Shown one piece after another: positions 52,722-64,000 of a DNA stretch of 64,000 bases. This DNA is from Azolla caroliniana (Eukaryota; Plantae; Polypodiophyta), in contig JBHGNT010000004.1 of assembly GCA_043228905.1 (NCBI GenBank), positions 23,994,001 through 24,058,000 on the forward strand. Direction: 5' to 3'. How positions within the stretch are numbered: position 1 is the stretch's first letter; each line of letters opens with the position of its first letter. Under the pieces are notes generated by a model that had not been told where the DNA came from, searched no databases, and was given only the letters and a program-made list of their open reading frames with translations. The position numbers and the translations under genes were made by a program.

Positions 52722-54517
52722 TTTTCGTAAATAATGGCTTTCATTACGAAAGTAAAAACACCACCATGACTAACTTACAACAAACTATAGAACCCCTTCT
52801 ATCTAGGGATCTAAAGAAAACTACGACACCAAACTCAATGCCACCCTACACACCAATTCAAATGGCGAACATGATGATATGTGACCTTGCAGAGTTCTCT
52901 CTCTTCTTGGTTGAGATTTTGTGACTTCTCTAGCACTGTCAATTGCCACAAAAGAAGTCCTTTTAACTTAAGAACATATTTTCTCACCCCAACTTGTGAA
53001 TAAAAAATGAAGGCATTCCGCATATTCCAATTGAACCATAGCCCCCAATACCTCAAGAACTCAAAAATAATTTGAAAATGAGGCATCGGTTCATTGTTCT
53101 CCATATGTGCAAAAACCCAACTGAAGGAAGATAGACTTACTCTTGTTAGAGACATCGACACTAAACTGATACACCTCCAAACCATCCTTGCCATCGGGCA
53201 TGAAATAAATCGATGCCTACTATGTTCCAATTCCACCGAACAAAAGAAACACAATCCTTTAGTAATGTTTCTTCTTTTTAATGCATCCCCTAATGGTAAA
53301 GCTCCAACCATAACTCTCCAAATAAATACCTTGGCTCGTAGCATCAATCGAGAACACCAACCTGCCTTGATCACATGAAACCACCAAGTAATGGGCTTAT
53401 GAAAACCCCATATCTTTATAACCCTTTCTTCCAACCACTTATGTTTGTCAATCAACTTGTGATAAGCAACATTCGTTGAGATAATAGTCAATCCCTTATT
53501 TCCAACAAACCTCCAATCAAGCTCTTGAGATCGCCCATCTAAATCAGGAATTGGCTCATGCGAAGATAGTATTTGTTGGAACTTATCCCAAATAAAGTTA
53601 TAACCTTTTGGAATACGAAATGTTGATCTTATTGTTCGAAAAGCCATTAATCTTCTTTTTGAAACCAACATAGCATCCTTAACTCTTACCAAACCCAATC
53701 TAGCCATCCGATTAAATTGAAGGTTAAGAATTTGTTTACCTTCCCACCTCAACAACCTTGATGTTGCCAAAACCTCCATTTGTAATGAATTGGCACATCC
53801 CCTTTCTTGTGGGGGGATGCCATTCCACAAAATCTAACATACTTTGCCAAGATGTCAACAAATGATTAACTATCATAGACCCTGTACATTTGACATCCCT
53901 GTCAGAATTAATTACATTCCACCAATTCGCTTCAACCTTCATGTTTCCAAGCTTTATTCCGTTCTTCTCTATAAAGTATGCCACCATTTCTGTCCAAGGT
54001 TGTACACCTTCAAACATGAATCGAATGAAAGTAAATCGACGAGCCACCATATGCTCATATAGATTCAATATTGATGCCCCACCAAGACGCTTCGGAGTAC
54101 AAACATGATCCCATGCCAACCATGACAAGGCACTTTTCCCTTTTCTTTTCCATAACAACATTCGCATCGAGCGTGACAACATTTCAAGAGCTTTCTTTGA
54201 CCATGGGAGCAAAGGAAGATAATAAGATACCATAGAGACCATAATCGATTGGACCACCTTAAGTCGTACATGAAAAGGCCAAAATTGAGACCTCCAATAC
54301 ATAAACTTATCCTCCAACCTTTTGGATACCCACTCAATAAGTTTCACATGAGAAACTTCCACCCCAATTGGATATCCAAGATGACGACAAATCATACCAT
54401 GATGTACTATCCTTCTTGACCACCCCAACCCTAACACATCTTGTTCTGTACATGAAATGAGGACAAATTTATGTATATTAATTCTCAACCCCGAAGCATT
54501 TGAAAACAATTCCCACA

Positions 54518-54520
<3 letters not shown>
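52722..54520 (-). mobile_element. L1/Tx1-like LINE copy 2, 5'-truncated with 3' end intact, bracketed by (CT)n
   Basis: Nearly identical to copy 1 over ~630 bp. zf-RVT-like CFFC...HRFISC. One frameshift near 53815. Confidence 0.88.
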
Positions 54521-54562
<42 letters not shown>

Positions 54563-54566
<4 letters not shown>

Positions 54567-54829
54567 AAAAGCACACAATTTTATTAATTGTATGGAAAAC
54601 ATAGTCTACAACATTTTAGTCTTCTCTACCTAGGTAGGCAGAGGGACATCTTTTAAAGCTATTCGGAAACCTGAATCAACACTTAGAGGAAATAATACCC
54701 ACATGCTCTAACATCCAAAAATTCCACATGGGAATTGCCTTTCAACAACGTCTTCAATTAAGCTTTCACCCCATGTCTTCCATCGCACAGGAAAACATTA
54801 TGCATTTTCCAATTGTGTTGCAATCCCCA

Positions 54830-54864
<35 letters not shown>

Positions 54865-55430
54865 GAATTCAGTCCACAATCTAGATGGTTGTGTTGAATG
54901 TTTGGAGATCGCGAGGGCAAAATAAGTGCATCTAAATAGCATTACAGTAAGGGGGACAAATTTTGTAACTTGTAGTGTTATGATGAGTGGCATGTGGCAT
55001 GTGTAGCAAAGGAACATGGAGCTATGGTATTGAAACCAATATAGGCCTTGTGCCAAGAGAGAGCCCGATAAATAAGACCCACAAGGAAAAGTGTCCCATG
55101 CTCAAGAAACAACCCAAGGTTTGACGTGACGCAACACAACGGAGTGTGTGAAACGTGGGGCAAATTCTTGGTTGTTGACGTACACGAGAAACTATTCCAA
55201 GTGGTGCAAGAAACGTGGGCTTGCAAGGAATTTATGCGTCAGAAGATTCCCAATGACCTGTGGATATGTTTGAATTTTATGTTCCTTGCAAGACAGTTAT
55301 GTGTTGACAATTGAATACAACGACATTCTGTGCAAATAAATGCAATTGATGATTGTCTGTACTTGTAGAAGAAATTATACTTCCATATAGCCCACGTGAA
55401 AAGTGCATCATGCAAGACTTGAAACATAAC
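54563..55430 (-). mobile_element. Older degenerate LINE 3' portion (second family)
   Basis: WAIWK-type C-terminal remnant; terminus shared with 49070-49125 and 18320-18357. Confidence 0.5.
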
Positions 55431-58115
55431 CTAATAGTTAAGATAATTGGTTGTGTTCAGTTTTCATGTTGAGTTTCTTCATAAGGATAATAAGTACATG
55501 GTGAGGAAAGTGTCAAACACCCATTCAAACCAGTCTTTCAAGTAACAAACTAACCACTTTGTGTCACTTGTATCGAGTGGTTTGTATCGCTCTCTCCTTT
55601 CATTTGGATGGATTTTTGAAATCATTTGTCATGGAGTCTTCTAGCGCACACTTACATTAACCAAACAAACATAATGTGGGCTCTAAATGCATGCCCCAAA
55701 TTAATCTCCCTAATGGCTTAAAGATAAAGATATTATTCAATAACTGGTTGAGTTCCCTCTCCTTGTACTAGAATTCGAGAAGGTTGTTTGTTATACAACA
55801 TATTGCTTGGATGAGAATCAATAAGGTTGTCTTTGAATTTTAGGATAAATTGAAGTGGACTCTCCTTTGGCAACCCTAGACTCACATATGTGTATAATTG
55901 CAAGGAATATATGATTAGGCATGGAGATGGAGCTAGGTGCATGTATTGTAGGAATACATTTGATAATGGAGACAACTAATTCAATTTAGTTTTCTTTCAC
56001 CTATGACATATGTTCTTCATCTATGCATGATGGTTGGTGTAGTAACATTCATCACAATCAACACTCATGTGACCTTTCTAAAACATGCATGCATAATATC
56101 AATCTCCCTCGAAAAGAAGTGGGTGGTCAAAGGGTTTTGGTGTGGGTGTTATTAGAGATCTTAGTACTAAAGTAAGCTTAAGATAAGGATAAAGTAATGA
56201 TAGATAGAAAAGAGAAAGAGAAAGAAGGGTGCCGATCCACCCGACCACCCCCGAGCGAAGGGATCGAGACGGACTCGAGCCTCGATCAACGTCCCATACC
56301 ACCGCCGTGGCGTCGAGTCGTACCTGGTGTTGGCGCGCTCGCTACAAGAGTTGACCCACCACACGAGCAGAGTCTCGATGTAGTCAAAAGATGATCAAAT
56401 GAGGGTAGCTAGGCCTCTTATTTATAGCGATACCCAAGGCCCCCAGGCAAGTTCACACTTGACCTAATGGGTTGTCTCAATCCCGAGGATTAAAAGTAAT
56501 CCTCCCCTTCTTTACACTCTCGTTTAACCCTCACAATTATCCACGTGTATAGAATACTACGGTAAATTCTCACCACGGGATATTATATGGTCATGCCCGT
56601 AACATACTCCCCCTCTTTAAAACATTGTACTCTTGCAATGGAAAGTTAGGGAAGTTAGTTCTAAGAGTATTTTTGCGTTCCCATGTGGCATCTTTTATTG
56701 ATTTATCCATCCATTTTATTTTAAATTCTTGGATTTCTTTAGTACGTAATTTTTTTGTTTTAACATCGAGAATTCTTTCTGGTACATGTGGTTTAGAAGA
56801 TAATTCTTCAGAAGTAACCAGAGTTTCAGTCGTAACTGTATTGTCGCCAGAACCTAGAAGTTCTTTTAGACGACTCACATGAAAGACTGGATGAATTCCG
56901 ACACCATCGGGAAGAGCGAGACGATAGGCTGATGACCCAATGCGTTTGAGGACTGTAAAAGGTCCACAAAACCGTGGGGCTAACTTAGCGCACTTACCCG
57001 TAGACAATGTCTTAGAATTGTGAGGTACACGTAAAAATACCTTCTGTCCAGGGTTGAATACACGAGGTTGCCTATGATGATCGGCATAAAAACGCGCTCT
57101 ATCTTGAGCTGTTTTTATATTATCTCGTGCAATATGCAACATATCTTGCATATCCCGAAGAAAGTTTTGCGTACTTCGCAACTCATCATGATGTATATTA
57201 ACATCAATCAGGGCTCGTGGCTGAAAACCATACATCAACATAAAAGGACTATATCCCGTCGACGTATGCTTGGAGCTGTTATAAGCAAACTCCAAAATTG
57301 GGAGATAACGTTCCCATTTTGTTGGTTTTGCACCAACGTATGCTCGAAGCATGTCCTCAATAATTTGATTTACTCGGTCTGTCTGTCCATCGGATTGAGG
57401 ATGATCCGTGGAGCTCATGCTCAACGTTGTCGTGAAGAAAACCGTCCACAAGCGGAATCGGTGCGCCGGAGCGTAGGAACCAGCTCTTCTTGCACGTTGT
57501 ACATAAGAGAGAATGTTGTACATAGAAGATCCTAGGCAGGTAGATTCGGTAGGTAGGGAGTTAATGGGAAACGGCTCCTTCCTTGCCTATAAAAGGAGGG
57601 AGACGATGAGGGGCGAAGGGATCGCGGAGAGTCGAGGACTAAGTGTTGTCGGTTTGTGGGCCGAAGACCTCTCTCTCTCTCTCTCGCTCGCAAACTCCGT
57701 AGCTTCTTGCTGTGCAGGTTTCGGGAGGCTCGCGCTGCTCTGAGGAATGCCTGAGTGCTTCCGGCAGCACCTCCAACCTACTCTTTCCTTTCTGTGCGTT
57801 TACGAACAGGCATCGGCATCTGTTCGCCGGCCTGTTCGGTTGTAACCGACCTCGTGTTTCTTGTTGCTTGTTTTGTTAATATATATATTTACCTACATTC
57901 GTGTCTCTCTGTGTCGGTGTCCCACTCGCGTCTTTGTGTCGAAGGGCCGTGTCCCTGTGAATCTACGCTCGCACGTGGTGGGTCCCCTCCCTTCTCCTTT
58001 CTCTCTTGCTCTTCGGTACAAGACCCCCGAGGTCCCACCTCATTCCACACATCCGCGAGGAATACCTCGACATCTTGGTGAACCCGACGTGAAGGAGGCG
58101 GCAGAAGAGCAGAAG

Positions 58116-59318
58116 ATGAAGGGGTCGGATCTTGCAGAGGCCATGGCTTCGGCCGTGGATCGGATATTGAGTGCACGCGAGGGCACCGACTCCCTCGACA
58201 GAGCCATTGAGGCGGTCGTCGGTACGATCGGCCGGTTCAGCGGAAAGGATGCCACAAAGTATTTGGCGTCCTACGGGGCAGAAATGCTGATGTGGGACAT
58301 TCCGGAAGAGAGGCGTTTTGCCGGGTTTCCTCGAGTGGCGATGCCGAGCATCCATGCGGAGGTGCTTGAGGCGCGGGCGGAGAGCCGTACCTGGGAGGAG
58401 TTCGAAGGCCGACTCCTAGAAAAATACGGGCTGGACGACGCGCTCCGACTTTCGAAACGGGACTTCATGGAATGGGTGGAGTCCCCCGGCAAGGGAAGAA
58501 ACGCGTCGGCACTACTCCGGGAGTTCAAAGAACGCTTTGCGCACCTTTCAGCACTTGACCGAACCGTTCTGGATACGAGCCGGGTCCTACTGTTCGTCAA
58601 GTCGGTGGACGAGCGGGACCGGGATCAAGTCGGCTCCTTGCTGGAAACCGAAGACGGGCTGACAACCGACTGGGCTGCGGTTAAGAGAGTTTGTGGCCGT
58701 TTCGACAAACGGCGAGAATGGGCTGACAACGGGGCGACTGGTGCGGGCTCTGTCACAGCAAGGAGCCTTGAACCGGCACCACAAGTGCGAAGGGAAGAAA
58801 CCCGGGAATGGCTCGAAACCGGTCCGGCTTCGACCGGCATGGTCAATGGCTCGTCCGGAGGAGCAGCGCTGGAGGAGTTGATGCGGGCGATAAAGGATCT
58901 CCAGATCGCCCAGACTCGAAGGGAAGGCGGCGAACCGGCTTCGGAAATAAACCTGATGTCCATGGACTTCTATAAGAAGGGAAAGTGGCCGATCAACACC
59001 AAGCACGGGTGGAAGATACGGGCGGCGACGCGCGCCATCGAGGAACTGCACGGGGCCTGCCCGAACGTGCGAGTCAAGATCGGCGACGTCGAGATTGACC
59101 AGCACTTCTTCGTACAGGAGACGTCCTCGCACTCGGTCATATTAGGTGAACCATACATCACGGCGGCGCGGATGGAGACCAAGGTGCTAGACAACGGTTC
59201 GGCCTACGCGAGGGTCAAAAGCCAGGACGGGCGCCATTCGGTCCAATTTCTGATGGTGCGACCGAACCACGAGCGAAACCGTGAATCCCTCAGTGGCGAG
59301 AACCGGGAGGATTTTTAG
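58116..59318 (+). CDS. gag: Gag-protease ORF, apparently internally deleted (no zinc knuckle, no catalytic D[TS]G)
   Basis: Capsid-like N-terminus (RFSGKDATKYL). Protease C-half SEINLMS...VILGEPY is present but the active-site Asp motif is missing. Confidence 0.7.
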   Translation: MKGSDLAEAMASAVDRILSAREGTDSLDRAIEAVVGTIGRFSGKDATKYLASYGAEMLMWDIPEERRFAGFPRVAMPSIHAEVLEARAESRTWEEFEGRLLEKYGLDDALRLSKRDFMEWVESPGKGRNASALLREFKERFAHLSALDRTVLDTSRVLLFVKSVDERDRDQVGSLLETEDGLTTDWAAVKRVCGRFDKRREWADNGATGAGSVTARSLEPAPQVRREETREWLETGPASTGMVNGSSGGAALEELMRAIKDLQIAQTRREGGEPASEINLMSMDFYKKGKWPINTKHGWKIRAATRAIEELHGACPNVRVKIGDVEIDQHFFVQETSSHSVILGEPYITAARMETKVLDNGSAYARVKSQDGRHSVQFLMVRPNHERNRESLSGENREDF

Positions 59319-62300
59319 AGAGGGCTGCCAAGGCGTGGGGCCGAGACAGTCCGGACACTCGGGAAAGACCCCACAGTTGTACGATAGAACCGAAACCGAA
59401 GAATCCTTGTACGATAGGTAGAAAATTTTGCTTCTCCAACGACGGAGGGTGTATGATAGTCGGCATTGTTGGCCGAGTGAAGGCAAGGGCGGAAGAGCGA
59501 CTTCGAGCGTGCGGAGTTCTCGGCCCGGACGAGGAAATCAACGGAGCCGTGGAGGCGGTCTCCTTCGACGACACCTTGGGGATGCTGAGGAAAGTAGCCG
59601 GAGAAGACCTTAACGAAGATCGGACGATACCGGTATGTTGCGAAGAGTTGTACGAAGTCATCGCGAACTTCAGTCAGGGGCTCGGGTCGGATCGGATGGC
59701 CCGAGTTAGCACGAAGTACAAGACTGTGGACCGGAAGGTAAGGCCGGTCGCGGCACCCTTACGGAGGGCAGCGAGTCCCGAATCAGAGGGGTTGCGTCGG
59801 ACCCCAGTTTACGAGATCCGGCCTGCATAGGACACACCTTCACCGACGGGACGCTCCGGGAGCTCAAGATTGGTGGGGGCGGGTTCCTATTGCCGGCGGA
59901 GGAAGACCGGTTTCGGAGAATGCTCGGAAGGCACGGAAAGGCATTCGCATTCTCACCGGAAGAGATCGGGTGCGTAGACCCGACGATCGTGGAGCCGATG
60001 GTTATATTCACGGTACCGCATTTGCCGTGGAATCCCAAGCCGATTCCGATACCGAGAGCTCACATCCCGAAGTTGATGGAGCTATTGAGGCAGAAAGTAG
60101 ATATGGGCATTCTCGAACCGTCGAGTGCCCCATACTTGAACCGATGGTTTACCGTACCAAAGAAAAACGGAACGATGCGCTTCATTCAAGACCTGCAGCC
60201 GGTCAACAGAGTGACCATTCGGAACGCAGGAATCGGACCGACCATAGACGAGTTCGCGGAGGCCTTCGCCGGAAGGTCGATTTACTCGGTCGGTGATCTA
60301 TACTCGGGGTACGACCAGTTCCAGCTAGCCGTGGAGAGCAGAGACATTACGACGATGCGAACTCCCCTCGGCCTAGTGCGAATGTGTACCCTACCACAAG
60401 GAGGGACCAACTCGGTGGCCCACATGGTGAATGCAATGAACAAGGTACTGAGGGATTGCATCCCGGACATCACCATGCCATTTCTAGACGACATCCCGAT
60501 CAAGGGGTGCCCGGTGGAAGAGAAGGACGCAACACTCGGACCGGACGGATGCCGGCGATTCGTGGCAACACACATCGACGACTGCAAGAAGGTGCTACAA
60601 AGGCTAGAGGATGCGAGGCTCACCTTCTCCGGGGAGAAATCGGCCTTCGGGCAATCAGAAATCCTGGTGGTCGGACACCTATGTGGACCATATGGCCGGA
60701 AGCCGTCTCCGGCAAAGGTAGAAGCCATCTCCGCGATGAAGACCGACTGTAGCTCGGTTATGGAAGTTCGGAGGTTCCTGGGGGCGTGCGCGTTCTACCA
60801 CATATGGATCCCGCATTACGCCCACGTTGCGGAGCCGTTATACGGGTTGCTGAAGAAGGGGCGAAGATTCGAGTGGCGAGACGAGCACACGGAGTCGGTC
60901 CGGAAGCTAAAGGAAGCTCTTGCGGCAGCTCCGGCGCTCCGGAAGGCTGTCTACGAGAAGGGTTCCCCGGTATACATAACGGTGGATATGAGCCCGACCG
61001 GGATCGGATGGGTCGTCAACCAAGAAGACAAGGACGGCATTCGGTTCCCGATCCGATTCGGCTCGAAGGTCCTCAGTGAGCGACAGCGAGGGTACGCCCA
61101 GGTTAAACACGAACTCTGGGGTATCGTTTCGGCAGTAAAGGCCGACAAAGACTACCTGATCGGGACAGAAGTGATTATCAAGACGGATTGCCTGCCAATT
61201 CTCGGCATGGTTTCCGAATGCGCGACACCGGACCTGGCGATGCTCAGGTGGATAGCGTACATCAAGTCCCTGGACCCGGAAATACGACACATTTCCGGAA
61301 AAGACAACGCCATGGCCGACATGCTTTCGAGGGCGAGGTTTGATGACGAGGGCGGCATGGTTTCGGAGGACGAAGAAGTCGGCATGGACTTCTTCGAGGC
61401 GGCGTACGTGACGACCGATGGGGCGAGCACTCCGGCACTTAACGGCTTCGACGAGAGCAAGTATGATGGCGAGTGGCTACAGATCGGTGGGTTTTTGAGG
61501 ACAATGACGCCGGATGCGTCATGGACGAGGGACGAGGCCAACCAGATCCGGAAGAAAGCATACCGATTCTTTCTCCGGGACGGATACTTATGGAAGCACC
61601 CGAAGAAAAGGAACAACGTCCCCCTCCGGGTTGTGGCGATGAAGGAAGAATAGGAGGAGCTGCTGACGGCCTACCACGATAGCCCTTGGGCTGGACACCG
61701 TGGAACGTGGGCCACGTTCGAGAAGATAAAGGGGAAGTACTGGTGGCCAGGACTGTACCGGGACATGCATCGGTTCGTGACGACTTGCGAGAGCTGTCAG
61801 ATGCACTCCATAGTCCGACATCGGGACGAGCTACACCCTACGTACCCTCCGACCATCCACTTCAAATGGATGGTAGATCTGGTGACGATGCCGATGGGAG
61901 TAGGACAGATGCGGTATCTGGTCCTGGCTCGAGAAGATCTGACGAACCAGGTGGAAGGCCGAGCCCTCCAGAACAAAACGACCGCGGCCGTATGTCGGTT
62001 CCTCATCGAGGACGTGATATGCCGGTACGGGTGCGTCGGGAAGATCGTGGCTGATCGCGGGGAGTTGGACGCCGAAGAGGCCGAGGAGTTGTTCGACCGG
62101 CTAGGAGTCAAGCTCTCGCTTACCACTGCGTACAATCCGGAGGCGAATGGGAAGGTGGAGCGCGGACACGGACCGATCGTCAAGGTGTTACTTCGGGCAT
62201 GCGGAGGGCAAGTCGGGAACTGGCCACGACTGCTGCCTTACGTGTTGTGGGCTGACCGAACTACGCACAGTTCGGTAACCGAATTCATGCTGGCAGAGCT

Positions 62301-62811
62301 CATGTTTGGGCAGAAGCGGATCATGCCGATGGAACGAACGATCTCCTCATGGGCAACCGTGGACTGGAGAGACGAGATGAGCCGGGAGGAACTGTTGACG
62401 GCGCGCATACGACAGCTCGAGCGAAGACCGGAGGACGTGGAGCAGGCTACGGAAAAGCTTCGGGTGGCAAGGATGAGGAACAAAGCCCGGTTCGACCGAA
62501 CGCACCGGCTCCGACCGAAGAAGATCGAGGAAGGCTATTGGGTGCTAGTCTACGACAACAGCCTCGACAACCAGCACCGAGCGACACAGAAGTTCGCAAG
62601 AAGGTGGTTCGGGCCTTACGTGGTACAAAGCGCCAACGACAACGGGACGTACCATCTAGCGGAATTCGACGGTACGAGAATGGCGATACCGGTAGCTGGG
62701 AAGCGGATCAAAGCGTTCAAGAAGCGTCACGACGACGAGCCGGATCCGGTTGACCTAGACCGCGACGACGAACGATCCGAAACCGAGGAAGAACCGACGG
62801 GCGGGGAATGA
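59309..62811 (+). pseudogene. pol: Pol (RT-RNaseH-IN) with a 1-nt frameshift near 59762 and a TAG at 61651-61653
   Basis: VPKKNG, DLYSGY, LPQG, FLDD; RNase H; HHCC; D,D35E (ADRGE, NGKVERG); WFGPY. No chromodomain. Confidence 0.9.
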
Positions 62812-64000
62812 AGGCTGGACCAGTTTTCTCCGTCCCAACTCAATTTGGCGCATGCCGATGGATGCGCGGTTAGGTGGGGGCGGATGTCGTGAAGAAAACC
62901 GTCCACAAGCGGAATCGGTGCGCCGGAGCGTAGGAACCGGCTCTTCTTGCACGTTGTACATAAGAGAGAATGTTGTACATAGAAGATCCTAGGCAGGTAG
63001 ATTCGGTAGGTAGGGAGTTAATGGGAAACGGCTCCTTCCTTGCCTATAAAAGGAGGGAGACGAGGAGGGGCGAAGGGATCGCGGAGAGTCGAGGACGAAG
63101 TGTTGTCGGTTTGTGGGCCGAAGACCTCTCTCTCTCTCTCGCTCGCAAACTCCGTAGCTTCTTGCTGTGTAGGTTTCGGGAGGCTCGCGCTGCTCTGAGG
63201 AATGCCCAAGTGCTTCCGGCAGCACCTCCAACCTACTCTTTCCTTTCTGTGCGTTTACGAACAGGCATCGGCATCTGTTCGCCGGCCTGTTCGGTTGTAA
63301 CCGACCACGTGTTTCTTGTTGCTTGTTTTGTTAATATATATATTTACCTACATTCGTGTCTCTCTGTGTCGGTGTCCCACTCGCGTCTTTGTGTCGAAGG
63401 GCCGTGTCCCTGTGAATCTACGCTCGCACGTGGTGGGTCCCCTCCCTTCTCCTTTCTCTCTTGCTCTTCGGTACAAGACCCCCGAGGTCCCGCCTCATTC
63501 CACGCATCCGCGAGGAATACCTCGACAACGTATTTTCTAACTTCTTAAAGACTTGTGTCCAGAAGTCACTAGTAAACTTTGGATCTCGATCACTCACGAT
63601 ATCCATCGGTAACCCATAAAAACGAAACAATTCGTCCACGAATTGGTAAGCCAATTCAGGAGCTGTTACCGTGGTTTTAGTAGCAATAAATCTGGCCATT
63701 TTAGTTAGTCGATCAACGACAACCCAGATGGCATCATGACCTTTTTGGGTGCGAGGAAGGCTAACAATAAAATCCATGGATATACTTTCCCACTTATTAT
63801 TGGGAATGTCCAAGGGATGTAAAAGTCCTGCGGCTTTAAGTCGCTCGGCTTTGTTAACCTGACACTGGTGACATTTAGTCACATAGGTATGTATGTGAGG
63901 ACGCATCTTAGGCAAATAAAATTGAGTGGAGATGAGAACGAGTGTACGATGTATTCCAGGGTGCCCTGCTGAGGGTGCATCATGGCATTCAAAAAGAATC

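Larger units (their letters stand above)
57428..63527 (+). mobile_element. Young GC-rich non-chromovirus Ty3/Gypsy element; LTRs 57428-58072 and 62885-63527; TSD ACGT; tRNA-Trp PBS
   Basis: TGTCG...CGACA LTRs differ by about 9 substitutions and one 2-bp indel (counted by eye). ACGT at 57424-57427 and 63528-63531. PBS at 58076-58093. G-rich PPT before 62885. Confidence 0.95.
56028..64000 (-). mobile_element. Ty3/Gypsy chromovirus: integrase, chromodomain and 3' LTR (~56028-56604); interrupted by a nested element and continuing beyond the window
   Basis: ISMDFI..VVVDRLTK..IVSDRD..FKKLENT|LSMSSTDHPQSDGQT rejoins across the ACGT TSD. GPF motif and chromodomain (IKW...ATWE). PPT aaagagggggagta. 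The left LTR limit is tentative. Confidence 0.88.

Noticed and set aside
57889-62753. Numerous overlapping antisense and alternate-frame ORFs
   Set aside because: Expected by chance in GC-rich coding DNA; no recognisable motifs.

Overview
This is eukaryotic nuclear DNA from a land plant. The intron-rich host genes, Tcn1-like and tRNA-Trp-primed Ty3/Gypsy elements and microsatellite load suggest a fern or other non-seed plant, but that is inference. Five conserved spliced genes can be rebuilt: VIT1 (+), chloroplast GAPA (+), a CPYC glutaredoxin (-), U11/U12-65K/RNPC3 (-) and an aldo-keto reductase (-). There is also a candidate orphan two-exon gene (47072..46634) whose product ends in three [DE]YNYPxLPPRP repeats. 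The rest is mostly transposons: a chromodomain Ty3/Gypsy element (1-5524); a decayed Copia carrying a nested hAT MITE and a solo LTR; a Ulp1-carrying MULE inserted in a TG microsatellite just upstream of U11/U12-65K; stacked LINEs joined by (GA)n; and a young GC-rich Gypsy with a 4-bp TSD nested in a chromovirus integrase. The strongest leads are the repeat-peptide gene, the self-priming, -1 frameshift and Pol III-like signals of the first Gypsy, and the tRNA-Trp-primed lineage that appears to insert at RCGY. All calls come from reading the sequence by eye; no database searches were run.
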